Assembly: GCA_003614675.1 (NCBI GenBank)
Contig: ML002249.1
Location: 1-58,993 of the forward strand
Direction: 5' to 3'
DNA: 58,993 nucleotides
From: Dimargaris cristalligena
Taxonomy: Eukaryota
A program made the position numbers and the translations under genes. Shown piece after piece: positions 37,770 to 50,283 of the stretch. How positions within the stretch are numbered: the stretch's first letter is position 1; every line of letters starts with the position of its first letter. Under the pieces are notes generated by a model. The model was not told the DNA's origin. It worked only from the letters and a program-made list of their open reading frames with translations, and did not search any database.

Positions 37770-38403
37770 ATGATGCAGCAAGGTGGTAACCTCCGCAACC
37801 TCTTCCAGTGGGTTCCCGCTGCCAACGGGTAAGTTATTCCTTCCGAGTATATCGCCAGGCCACTACTGCTACTCCCTCTTCCCAGAATACTATGATATCC
37901 CTCATACGGTTCAACCCACGGCTCACCCTATCTCTCTCTATACCTACCTCTCATCTTTCCCTCTCCTACCAATTAGCACCATCCCCCCCAACGCCGTTCA
38001 AGGTGGTCGGGAGAAGGATGGCAAGCCCGTGTACATTGCCCGCCAGTTCTACAAGGGTGGCCTGCACCCCGGTAAGGCCGCCCCCCATCTCGACGGCTGC
38101 TACATCTGCTACGGCGGCAAGGAAATCCAGCTCAAGGAATACTTTGTGCTGTGCGGTCCCGCCAAGGCCCTCCGGTGGGTCGCCTGCAACGGCGGCGTGA
38201 ACTTCACCGGTGCCAATGTGCAGCCCGTCAGCGAATGCCACGAGGAGAGCGGCGAACCCTTGTTCATTGCCAAGACCGCCTACGACGGTGGCGAGCAGCT
38301 CGGTAAGGCCGGCGCCCACTTGAAGAACGGCATGGCCTTCCCTTACTCCGATAAGGAGCGGACCGCCAAGGAGTACTACGTCCTGGCCTACGAGACCCAG
38401 TAA
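37770..38403 (+). CDS. DM9-repeat (DUF3421) lectin-like protein; exons 37770-37828, 37977-38403
   Basis: Two DM9 repeats: 'WVPAANGTIPPNAVQGGREKDGKPVYIARQFYKGGLHPGK...YGGKEIQLKEYFVL' and 'WVACNG...EESGEPLFIAK...GK...YSDKERTAKEYYVL'. GT-AG intron in frame; TATA-like 'tatataag' at ~37625. Confidence 0.88.
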
Positions 38404-39404
38404 TATTTTTTTGGTTTACCCTTCGTCCCGTATAACTAACTACTCTCCACCGTTGCCGCCACCACCGGGCAACAGGTGTGGTTCGTTAGTTCGTTCACGC
38501 CCCTTGGTTTGACTAATGTCTTTTCCCCCACCTTTTACGTCTTTAACGTTTAGTTCGTGGCGAATTATACTCTCTTTCTTTTTGAAGGTTCCTTCCCGTC
38601 TTGCGGGGGGTGACTCCATCACTTAATCAGACTTAATTGAATCGAGTGGGGTCTGTCCTGGGGCAACTCATAAACCGCCGGCACCCACCTGTGCCGAACT
38701 CCTTCCCAACTTAATAAAAACCCTCTTACATATGTACCATCCTTCCACACACCCTATCAAACACTTCAGTGACTGGTTTTGAATACTCTGGAGTAGCTGA
38801 CAGTGACTGTACTAATAGAGAAAATCAGTATATTCCCACTGTAAACAGTCTGTATGGTCCCACGCACGTGTGGGGTTCTTTGGCCACCTCCTCTTCCTGT
38901 ACGGCATATACGGCGGCGGTTCAGCCGATCAACCAACCGATTAATTCTACAGCGACTCCCGGGAAACTCGGCGGGGGGACCGACGCCATCGGCGCTTAGC
39001 AGTAGAGAGATAATAGAGGTGTTGGGCATGGGAAGGTAAGCGGAAAGAATTCGAATATATGGCCCTACATCCTGTGCGTTGCAGTGCCTTGGACTCAACC
39101 GATATTCTACGCACACACAGCCCATGGCTATTCTCTCGACCTCGGGAAAGTCCCCCTCCCAACCCATAGTACTGCCCCTCCCCTTTTAATACATCTCCGA
39201 GTGACCTTTAAGGCAAGCAAGACCCTCGTATATCAGCCCACCCCTTCCCATCTCGTCTATAAACCCACACACCTACCTGCCTACTGACCTATATATATTC
39301 CTTTTCTCTTTCGGGGACTGGTGGTTGGTTGCTGATTGTTTTTCCACTAGCACTGCTGTATTTCTTAGCCTCGTAGGCACATACCGTCACCAACCGTCGT
39401 CACC

Positions 39405-41040
39405 ATGGGTGCTCCCCCCGCTACCGAAACCAAGCCTCCCTCGCCGGCTTCGGCCGACTCGTTATCCAGGCGTATCCAGCCCAATATCTCCTACTCCGAT
39501 CCGTTATGGGGTAATTTGGCCCGGCTGGACCAAAACCGGTACCACCCCACCGACAATCCCAGCGGTATCATTAACCTGGGCGTGGCCGAGAACTGGCTGA
39601 TGCGCGATACATTAGTCAACTATGTAGGATTTATACCCTGGCCTGCCGTTTCATTCTAATTTGTATTACATAGGGGACCTTCTGCTGGGACGGAGGGGAT
39701 GGTGAACGGGGGGAATACACTGTGGCCTTTCCATGTTCAGATACCGCGTGTTCCCTTCTATCCGTAGGACCAAAGGCACCACCGCCTTGTAGTGCACTGT
39801 CCCATCCCTAACGTTGCACCATTCTGTATACTTTCCTACTGCTTGTATCGATAATTAATAGTTGGCGCCAAGGGTCAAAATTACGGGTGACCAGCTGGGC
39901 TACGGTTCGGATACCTGTGGCTCACCTCAACTCCGATCCCTAATTGCCCAACTGTTCAACGACCACTTCCAGCCCGGCCTGCGCATTGAAGCGGACCATG
40001 TCTCCGTCCATAACGGTACATCCTCCGTAATCGATATCGTTAGCTACGTCGTGTGTGACCCCGGGGACATCATCCTGGCCGCCGCCCCCTATTACGGCGG
40101 ATTCAATTTCGATACCTTTTCCCGCTCCGGGGTGCGCATGCTGCCGGTCCCAATGACCCCAAATCAAATGATGGACCCCGACGAGCATATTCGACTGATG
40201 GAAGCCGCCTTCCAACAGCAACAGCAACAACAAACCACCGTTCCGGGGACAGGGGAGCCGAACAAGGCGCGGGTCCGCGCGATTATTTTCACGAACCCCC
40301 ATAACCCATTCGGTCTCTGTCACCCCCGCGTTCTTATTGAGCAACTCTTGCGATTCGCCCAACGCCACCATCTGCATATTCTGTTCGACGAAATCTACGC
40401 CCTCTCCGGATTCGCCTCAGATATCAACGCACTGAGTGACCAAAACCCAGCCGAAGCCGCCGCCCTCTCCCAGCTACGGAAAGCAGAAGAAGCCCTACTA
40501 CTCGAAGGAGGAGAGGGAAGTGTTCAGCTGGACACCTCTTTCCACTCCGCGCTCAGTATAAACCACGACCGCCTGACGGAACTCATCGACCCTTCTTTGG
40601 TCCATGTCCTGCACGGCATGAGCAAAGATTTCGGCAGCGGGGGACTGCGTATCGGGTATTTAGTATCCCCGTGGAACCCAACTTTCCGGGCCGCCGTGCG
40701 GTCGGTGGCCGCCTTTAGTTGGTTTTCCGGCACGGCCGAACAGATTGCCATGCAGTATCTGTCTGACCCCGTCTGGCGCGACGGTTATTTGGCGGATAAT
40801 CGCCGGGCGTTGGCCCGGGCCTATGTCACAACCGCCGGGTTTCTAGTCTGCCATGGCATTCCTTTTGTGCCGGCCCGGGCCGGTCCGTTCATTTGGCTGG
40901 ACCTGCGGTCCTATGGCCCTCCACCACCAACGGGGCGGCCGACATCCCCTGGGGTGATGGGCGGTGAGTCTCATGATTCGCTAGTGTCGGCGGTTAGAGG
41001 GGAGGAGGAGAACGAGTATGTCACCACCACCACCACCACC

Positions 41041-41073
<33 letters not shown>

Positions 41074-41280
41074 CCAGTTGCTCCCGGCCGCCGGATTCAT
41101 TCCGTTTCCACTCTAATGGAACAACTCTACCAAGCCGGCGTATATCTGGCCCCCGGTTACGGTTTTGAAGCCAGCGAACCCGGCTGGTTTCGCCTCACGT
41201 TCGCTAACCCGCCCGAAGTAATGGCTGAGGCCCTGGTGCGGTTACGCCAAGCTTTAAACATTGACCGGGTTGGGCAGTAG
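39405..41280 (+). CDS. PLP-dependent class I/II aminotransferase, ACC-synthase-like subfamily; exons 39405-39623, 39862-41280
   Basis: 'YHPTDNPSGIINLGVAEN' (ACS N-terminal motif), 'PYYGGF', 'TNPHNP', 'DEIYA', PLP lysine in 'GMSKDFGSGGLRIG', 'EPGWFRLTFA'. Confidence 0.88.
41023..41073 (+). repeat. Coding trinucleotide array (ACC)6(ACT)5(GCT)6 encoding poly-Thr/poly-Ala
   Basis: Read directly from the sequence, inside the ACS-like CDS. Confidence 0.9.
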
Positions 41281-42466
41281 CACTTCTTACACGCGACCAC
41301 ACTGGTCAGCAACTGCTATTCCACGGCAGTATTTCCTTCTTTTCATTGTCATTAGGCGGAACCCTTAATTTTTTTATTTTTGGATTGCCGAATAAACGCG
41401 GTGGCCAAGGGTTATTCATATGGCCACCAAGTTATACCGGACCATTTGTTGCGCATTTGGGCAACTGGAGAGTGGTATGTGTATATTCACCGCCTTTCCA
41501 TTTTTATGACCCAGTTGACTGGCCGAATGTTCTTCCCTGTAGGGCAGCGTATAGTTTTATTTAAAACGTTTTCAATAAATATACACGTAGTAAAGATGTG
41601 GCCGAACGAGGGATATCCTAACATACGTCCCGATGTATAGGGCGGTAGGGATGGCTACTTCATGGGATGAACCGCCCTCACTCTCGTTTTATCCTCCCCC
41701 TCCTGCATCAGCTAGGTTACGCCAATTCGTATATCCTGAATTCTCGGTACCTTTGGTGCTTTCCGTGACGGGACCCTATAATAGGGTGGTTGCTGAGCAC
41801 GAGGTTATGATTGGTAAGCCGAACAGACGAAGAGGGGGTACTTGTGACTCCTTCCCGTTACCCACACACCATCTACGGCGGTTTAAATTCGGGCTAGAGC
41901 ATCGCCCTCTATGTAATTATCATAGGGTTTAGTTTCATTTTTCTTTCCTTCCATTTCTGCTTTCAAAGTACAGCTATAGTACCTCGTCTATTGAAGGTGC
42001 ACAGCCCACCTAGTTTCATGAAAAGACCTTTTCCATTTTTTCTTTTCTTGGAAACGCTAAAAATACCCTTTTTAATGGCCGTGTGATTGGTGACCCAGCT
42101 ATTCGGAACGCAAAATCGGAAGCAAGGGCGGCCAATCGATAAACCGATGGCCGATAAGTTCGCGTAATAGCCACCCGATGGTGGGTGCAGCAAATGTCAG
42201 CATAGAATAAAAGGGAAAGGGCGACGACCTTTCCTATTTCCTACTAGATGTATGTGGCTCGCCATCATCTACCTATCTATATATATATATACGTATATGT
42301 CTGCGTCCTCGGCACACCGGTTTAGCAAATCCTTCTTTATACCTACATTATTATTATTTAAAGCTTAACTGCTGAGCACCGCCTATTCTACCCACTTTGG
42401 CTGCCCATACCGCTTTTTTTAATTTATTTTAAAGAACTCCGTTTCGCCGTGCTATCAACTGACCTA

Positions 42467-44506
42467 ATGGGGAAAAGAAACCATTACCTAGGTGCCTGGG
42501 GCCCGTTTACCCTCGCCATGTCGGCCGTCATGCTGGCCCACCACAACCAGTTTGCCTTGAGCCTGAGCAACGCCCAGCTAGTCAGTCTTGCCGATGGGAG
42601 GCAAGAAGCCCGCCAATTAGCGACCTCGACATTGGACCAGCCTGGAAGTCAGCCCCTGCATCTCTTTAACAAAGAGTCACCCATCATGGGAAAGTCGATT
42701 TTCCAAGTTATTAGACCCACCTGGAATACATACGACTCGGAGTTGGGCTACGGGGGACCTGATGGCGACGGCTATATCCAGCTTAGTATGGACGGTTTGT
42801 GTGTCGGCCTGGCTGCGCCCTCCGTTCAGGATTGGAATCCCGCAGGACCCGCAACGACCCCGGTCCAGCTACTCAGTTGCCAAGAGCGAGGCACGTATCT
42901 GTACCCCTCGTATCCCACCACCCAACAGCCCAACTTGGTCTGTTTGCAATCCTACGACGACCGACAGCTGTATCTGAGCGCTAACCCCGGCGCAGAGAGT
43001 ACGGCGGTGATGACCACGGCGGGCTCCACCTGTCATCCCTGGAACCTAAGCGTAGTGGACGGACTTCGGTGCGACCCCCAAGCCATGCTCCAGTACTACG
43101 GAAGTAACGCCATCACCCTCGGTACGGTTCTCGATAGGTTAGAGTTGGACCGAACCCGCTTCCAAGAGGCGCTGCGCCAGGGGGAGCCCTTTCAACTGAC
43201 TGACGAAGAGCAGTGGTTACTACGCATGTGTGCCAGCAGACAACAAGCCCTTATTCGCCAGCTGGTGCAACTGCCCGAAACCCTAGGGGCCGCCCGGAAG
43301 ACATTGGCCGACCAAGTCCTCGTCCCTTTCACCAAGCAAGTCAGCGAAGTGTTTGATGTGTTTTTTGTACAGGCCTTGGCGAGTGACACCCTTCGCAAAA
43401 AGGCCGTTATCCACCGCGAAAAAATCGTGGAAGCCGTTGGGGGGATTGTTTCCATGGTGAATAAAATCCTCGGCGAAATTGTTTGCCGGTTAGGCCGGTC
43501 CTTCTGTGCTGCTAAATACTTTGACCAGGACTTCAGTAATCAGCCCAAGATCGATGTTAAAACGAAAGAAATCCAGGAGGGTGGGTCGGGGTTCGCAACT
43601 CAAAGTTTCAATGGTAAGTGAAATTCGCATGGTCTTCCCTCTGTTATTGATGTAATGATTTAACCTATTTGATCCGAGGCAAGGCTCGGCTGTCTCAATA
43701 ATGGGCAGGGGGGAGTAAAAGAGTTATAGTGTAGTATGGTTTGAAGCCCTTTTTTAATGCCCCCCTGTCCATGCTGGAGTACATTTACTTTTACCGACGA
43801 TAAAGCTGACCGTATTTCGGTCTAATTTAAACCATGCCTATTGATCCCTATCCTAAACCTTATTAATCTAAACCAAAAAAAAAAAAATCACTCCGAATAT
43901 TTCGACAATATCCTATGTATTCTAGCTTATTGGGATCAAATGGTCGAGACCCTGTTCAACTCGAACGAACATGAGGTTCGCCAAACCACCCAGCAATTGA
44001 CATCCGCCGTCAACCTCGAAGCCAACGTCCAACCCATCATCACTGCTGACCAAGCTGCCCAATATACCTTCCAGCTAATCCAGAAACTGACCCAAGTCCC
44101 GGAAACCGCCAAGTCCTTCTGCATTATTCGTAAGAAGTCGCTGTCCGAGAAACTCATCCCCCGCCGCCGAAGCTCGGCTACGACTACGGTTGCGGCGGCG
44201 GCTGAGCCGACGGTCGAGCTCACCGCGGACCAGGATCTACCCGAGGATGCCACGATGGTGGACCGCGGCACCCAGGCCACCGGCAGTCCCGCCGACCAGG
44301 CGGAGAAGGATAAGGGTAGTGTCTCCACCGATACGACGGTCCCGGCTGCTCCCGGGAACTCCAAAGTGATTATGCCCAAGAATGCATGGGCCATCCTGAA
44401 CGAGCCCCAATATGCCAACCTGTGGTCAGAGGAGGACATACTTAATGGTCGCAATGGATGGAATTTAAAAGTCAAGTCCACCTACTGGCCGACTAAAAGT
44501 TGCTAG
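42467..44506 (+). CDS. Uncharacterised, probably secreted protein with an N-terminal beta-trefoil (ricin-B-like) region and a helical region; exons 42467-43613, 43926-44506
   Basis: Two long ORFs joined in frame by a gtaagt...tag phase-1 intron (AAT G|CT TAT TGG). Moderately hydrophobic N-terminus; 'YIQLSMDGLCVGL...VQLLSCQE...VCLQS...LYLSA...CHPWNL' resembles beta-trefoil repeats. Confidence 0.75.
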
Positions 44507-44550
44507 CCTACCCCCCCTCCCAGACACACACACCTCTTTTAATTATATAT

Positions 44551-44694
44551 ATATGGGAGTAGTTCAACCAGGCTGTATAACGAAAAATCCATTAGATGGG
44601 GCCAACATTACTGGTTAAAATGGTTACTCCCACATACTCTCCCATACACAAATCATGTAAAACTTTATACAGTTGGCTTGAATTTCACACATAT
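44551..44694 (-). mobile_element. 144-bp MITE-like element, copy 3 (inverted; about 45 bp after the stop codon of the preceding gene)
   Basis: Reverse complement aligns with copies 1 and 2; TIRs atatgggagtagttcaaccaggctgtata / tatacagttggcttgaatttcacacatat. Confidence 0.82.
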
Positions 44695-46208
44695 TCTTTA
44701 TTTCTGCTTTGCTTCCTTTGCGCGCTAAAATAGGGGTACTATAGTGCCCGTACATTCGTATTCGATGTTTATGTTTATGTTTATATTTCGGCTACGAAGT
44801 TTTCCTGAGAATTATGGCAGGCAAATCAGACTAACGATATTGTACAGTATTTGCCTTTATGCCTGGATAGTAAATATAGTGTCTTTTTTTTATACAGTTT
44901 GGACTATTTGTATAGTAGTATAGTTACGCGGTAGAGTTATATTCATAATAGATTTCGTTAGTTCTCCTTTTTTAAAAGCCTGCTATGGATTAGCCTGGTT
45001 TATTATGATTGATTTTTCAGTTTGACACTCCCAACGCCACGGTTGTGAAGAAAGGGAGGTTGGCCCAAATAGACATGGCATATATGCCTGTAAATGACAC
45101 GACTTGATAGTTTTAAGCACGGACAGCTTCTTGCCAATATATATAGGGAATGAGAGGGGGGACGCCGTGGCCCTGGATACCCTCCGCCTAGGTGTGCGGA
45201 AGAGAATGTGTTCAAAGGATAGACATGCTCCCGAGAAAACAGAGCCAGCATCGCTCCTTACCTTTAATTATGAACGGATTGAATAGAAAGGGAGAAAGAG
45301 GGGAAGGCAGTTTTTATACACATTATGGAGGAGTGGGGGGTAAAGTTGGCTATAGGTCACATGATTGGGTGACAAGTACACACACACACAGAGAGAGAGA
45401 GACAGAGGCCATTTGGGCATTTTATTTAATATTGACATTGGCTGGAACCTCGGATCAGTCCTTTCTCTTTCTTCACCTGTATTTGCTGCAAGTTATAGCA
45501 TTCGCGTGGTACGTCTATTCACCCCTCCTGTCGAATGTCCAACATACCCTTATCGTCAACCGTCACCCAGCGGAGGAGGACCCCCGCCGCTACGTGCGCA
45601 GAGTCATCAATCAACCAATCGATCCATCCATCCGTCCACTTTCCGATACGCGCCATCCACCCGGCGTCACGTCTGCCTGACGGGCTGTTCGCGATTCGGA
45701 TGTCAGTGCGGCAGGGGAGGCGCTATTGAAGTATGCGTGTGAGTCCAATAGTGACGAAGTCGCTATTGTCGAACGACTTAGCCGCAATAGCACCCCTGGA
45801 CCCTGCCTCGTCATCGGTAGTGGCTGTGGTGGTCCGATTTTCCCTCGATGACCGGCCGTATTCACGCACCTAGTGAACGGATCCCTGTACCACAGATGTC
45901 GAATCGAGTGGATGGATGGATGGATATATTGGCCGACGGATAGCTAAGCAGTACGCCATTTGGGGGGTTACTTGGCTGTTGTGATTTTTCCCCCTCTAAA
46001 GCATGCCATACGGCCAGTTTTTCCTCTTTCTCCGGCGTATCTGGGCGCCTTGACCAAGCCGTCAGAATTTACCTTGGTATATAAGGCTGTCTTGAACGAG
46101 AGTGGCCACCTTATTAACTCTTTAATGGCACTATACCCGTATTTCCTATATACTCTATACCCGGCGACCCCTCGATTCCCTTACTTGTAGATCGGGCCAT
46201 TCTCCAAC

Positions 46209-47045
46209 ATGTCTGCTCTCACCAAAATCCACAACTCCGAGAAGAAACAGTCCTCCGAACTGGAGCTGCAGGTTGCCCAGGCCCTGTTCGATCTGGAGAA
46301 CAGCTCTCCCGAACTGAAGAAGGATCTGCGACCCATCCAGATCGTGGCTGCCCGCGAGGTAAGATGAATCATTTGATTGAGGGTCCACTTGGTCGGCAAG
46401 TCCATCGTGTTGACGGCCCCATTAGAACTTTCGGGATTTAACCAACCCTCCTGGGATTCACTGACCTAGCCGACTTCTTGGCTTTCCTTTTGGTTGACAA
46501 TTGGAATCTCACGGTCGTTGCCCATAACTCTGCGCCTCACCCTTCCATAAACCCCCTCATCATATTCACCTTTCCACTTTTACGATTTGCCATGGTTGTA
46601 CGTAATTCAGGTCCTCATCCCCGGCGGTAAGAAGGCTCTCGTCGTCTTCGTCCCCGTCCCGGTCCACCGTCAGACCCAAAAGATTCAGCAGCGCCTGGTC
46701 CGCGAGCTGGAGAAGAAGTTCTCCGATCGCCAGGTTGTCTTCATTGCCCACCGCCGTATCTTGCCCAAGCCTACCCGCAAGAACCGCCCCAAGCAGTCCC
46801 GCCCCTACTCCCGTACCGCCACCAGCGTCCACGAGAAGATGCTCGAGGACCTCGTCTACCCCACCGAAATCGTGGGCAAGCGCACCCGCGTGGCTGTCGA
46901 TGGTTCCAAGCTGATCAAGGTCTTCCTTGACCAGAAGGACGCCACCTCCGTCGAATACAAGCTGGACACTTTCGCTGGTGTCTACCAGAAGCTCACCGGC
47001 AAGGACGTCTCTTTCGACTTCCAGGTCGACTCGTACGCTCACTAA
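46209..47045 (+). CDS. RPS7: 40S ribosomal protein eS7; exons 46209-46358, 46611-47045
   Basis: '[12 protein letters not shown]', '[11 protein letters not shown]', '[14 protein letters not shown]', '[30 protein letters not shown]', '[11 protein letters not shown]'; strong codon bias. Confidence 0.97.
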
Positions 47046-48049
47046 ATTCTTGCTCATCTAACCCTCCTCCTCCTCACCTGTTCTTTTCCTCTAACCTCCC
47101 CCTTTGTCTTCACCCCCCCTACCACGCAATTTTATATTAAAGGCAGCCTGTGATTTTGTGGTGAAGTATTTTAATTTGGGGGTTATTTCTTGACCCTGTC
47201 ATGCAAATGAAATCTATGTGTGCGTTTAAGTAGTTAATAGCCGGGTGTTTAATAGTTGGTATCCAGTTGTTTGATTGCGAGAGGGGAGTTGGTGGCTGTT
47301 AGATCGAAATTCCGAATAAAAGGTACTTTGTTTATTTTCCGCGCTGACCGGTTGAGCATAAATCGTCCGATATTTGCGAACGTAGCTGTGTTTTTACTGA
47401 CAATTGTTAGTTCGTCAAGAACTCTCTGGATTCGCAAAATTTTCGGGTAGGGTTAAGTTGATCTATCCGGCTATTATCAGACGGTGAGCGTAGGCCATAT
47501 TAGCCCGGTATTTAGGAATGCCGCCAGGGCAAACAAGGTATAGCGTGGTTTAATTCATTGGGTTTGGTGAGTGGATTGATCAGGTTAAATCCGTGGAAAT
47601 TTCAAAGCCTAATGCTTTGGTTCAAGAGACGGATAGAGGGTCGTTGGGCTGTGACCATCCGGGGGTTACCAGTAGCAATGGGTGGTCCGCGACTCTCGGA
47701 CAGCCCCAGTTGAGCAGGCACGTTCCGTCCGTTTGGTGGTGAAGTTCCATGGGCCAGTTGGTACATTTTCCCTTTTCACACTCCGGCTTCGTCTCTCTCA
47801 AGAATATTGCTACTAGCGGGGTGCTATGCTGTGACCCCTCCTCCACTTCCTTTTACTCACCCGCCGTCTGGCAACTATACACCAGCAATTGGCCATTTCC
47901 ACCTCACCTGTTCTGCATTCGAATTATCCCAGGTTGTTCCCCACTTTCTATCCAACCCATCCCTTTTACCTGCTGGTTACCCCTTAAACGCAATCTCGTC
48001 TTTCTAGTGTACAATAACCTCCTCCCCACCCCATTACTCTCCCCTCACC

Positions 48050-49888
48050 ATGCTTTACGAGACCAAACCCAGCCCCGTACCCCACCGACTCTACACCTCC
48101 GACCCGGCCAGCGATGGTCTTCGGGGCATCGAGTTTGGTGGCTGGCGTATCGAACGTCAGGTGAAGCCCATTTCGGATTCCGAGACCATCGAGTCCTACG
48201 AAAAGCGCTTTGGTATCCCCATTCCCGAAATGATTTTTGGCGATAATTACCTCAAGGTGTACCACCTCGCGACGGGTCTAGAACTGACCTGGAAGGCCTG
48301 GGACGCTCTGGCTTTAGTGCAGAATGATATGTCCGCTGGCAAATGGCTCAAGGTGGCCTACGCCGATGAGTGGGCTAATTACAGGTGGGTTGCCTACCAC
48401 CACCTCTCCAAACCACATGAGGCCACGGCTGCTGGGGCGGTCTGATCGAATGGTTCGCGTCAAAGTAGTGTAGATAATGTCGATAGTTGGTGGCTCATCC
48501 CCTCCCCTACCCCACCTTTAGTCTTTGGCTGCGAAAACTCGGTAATAACGCTCGATCCCCTATTGATTTATCCCCACCTCCACTACTCCCTTAATTCTAG
48601 TTCGGATGCCCTTCACCACGCATCCACCACGGTGAAAAAGTACGACTGGACCTACTCAACAACCTACGCGGGAACGGTGGTTAATCCCCCCTGTGGTGAA
48701 GTAAGTAATTCTATTGCTAGTTGGATGGTCGCTGCGACTCGTGTCTGCCCCCATCCCCGTCGGTATTATTAGTATGCCTGTCGTTATTGATGGGTTTTTC
48801 GGGTTCCTATAGCAGCAGGTGATTGCTAAACTCGAATATTCGAAAGCATATCCGTAGCTGTAATTCTGTAACTAACCGTTCCCTTTTTTTGATTGTCCTT
48901 TATCCCAATCTATCTCCTTATATTATTCTTCGGGACTGGACAACCCCATGAATCATTAATTCCCGCTACTTAGTTTGAACCTTCCACTGACCGAATTGAC
49001 TACGAAAAGCTGAAGCAAAAGGAGCCGATTCTGTTCTTCGAGGATATTGTCCTCTACGAAGACGAGTTGGCCGACAACGGCGTATCTCTTCTAAACGTGA
49101 AAGTGGTAAGTTTATGATGGAACTATGAATGTGCTACTATTACTACGCCCCTAGGGCTAAGCGCTGGTTTAAGAAGTCACAGGATGTCACACGAATTGAG
49201 AGGCCGGCTTTGGTTTTCGAACTGGCCACTATTTTCACCCAATCCATAGTCACGCCACTAATCGTCATCCTCGGATTATTCTTTTTGCTATATGCCATCT
49301 TATTTGCGTGCGTGCTAAAAGCGAGTCATGCCCTCCGGATTTTTCGTTTTGCAGCGTTTTCTGATGCGTGTTGACGGGGTTGTTTTCCGCCTATTCGACA
49401 CTCGAGTTTACCATGAATTTGGCACGTCCCATGTGATCCGAGAATGCTTCGCCAACGAATGTTCCTACAATGAGGTGGTTCGGGTAAGGACGATTTACAT
49501 ATATATATTAATTTAACAGGGCTAATGGTCCTTTCAACAACAATAAGCAAAATACTTTGTTTGGCTTAGGATTCATTCGTTTCCAACCTCTCTTCGCACC
49601 CATTGTGGACATAACCTCAGACCTACCATTAACTATATTACATTGATATCTTTATCTTGCATTTATGGTGGACTTGTAAAGCACTTACCCAAGTCCTCCG
49701 GCCGACAGGCCAAGCCGGAAATGTCACTTCTTGCCGATCCGCACTGGGTCGCCCATACCATATCCACGATCCCGCCCAACCCGTCGCCCAGTGACCGCGA
49801 GGCTGCGACTACTTCCTCCACCTGTTTTTCCCCGAGGGAAGTGGTGGAGAAACTATGGCTTACTCGCGAAGCTCAATCATCGGGTTAG
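48050..49888 (+). CDS. TIP41: TIP41/TIPRL PP2A regulator; exons 48050-48384, 48601-48700, 48974-49105, 49322-49483, 49682-49888
   Basis: '[11 protein letters not shown]', 'LKVAYADEW', '[12 protein letters not shown]', '[58 protein letters not shown]'. Confidence 0.93.
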
Positions 49889-50283
49889 ACTGAATGTGTA
49901 TTACCTTAATTCAGCAAGTCGGCTATACGGGGCTATGTCTCTGTCCTCCTGAAACTGTTTAGTCAATTATTGACGAGCGGTCTGGGGTCACCATTTATTC
50001 TTATTTCCGTGCCACATTCCTTGGTCCCCGATGACTGCATCCCATTTTAGTATTCGTTAACTCGGGCGTTCCCTAGATTCCTCTACATTCAAGCGGATGC
50101 TGATGATTTTTAGGGTCAATGATTCGCAAATAAAGTTTCCCTGTTAGTAGACGAATTTATTATACTTTAATTGCACTTTTCAATTAAGATACACGTAGTC
50201 TGGGATAATCATTCAGAAAACAAATATTAGGTTGTGAAAAATCAGAGTGGAGGCGGTGGTAATATAGTAATACTCACTACCAA

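Noticed and set aside
46359..46610. Possible intronic snoRNA in RPS7
   Set aside because: No convincing RUGAUGA/CUGA pair with a terminal stem, and no H/ACA layout could be read.
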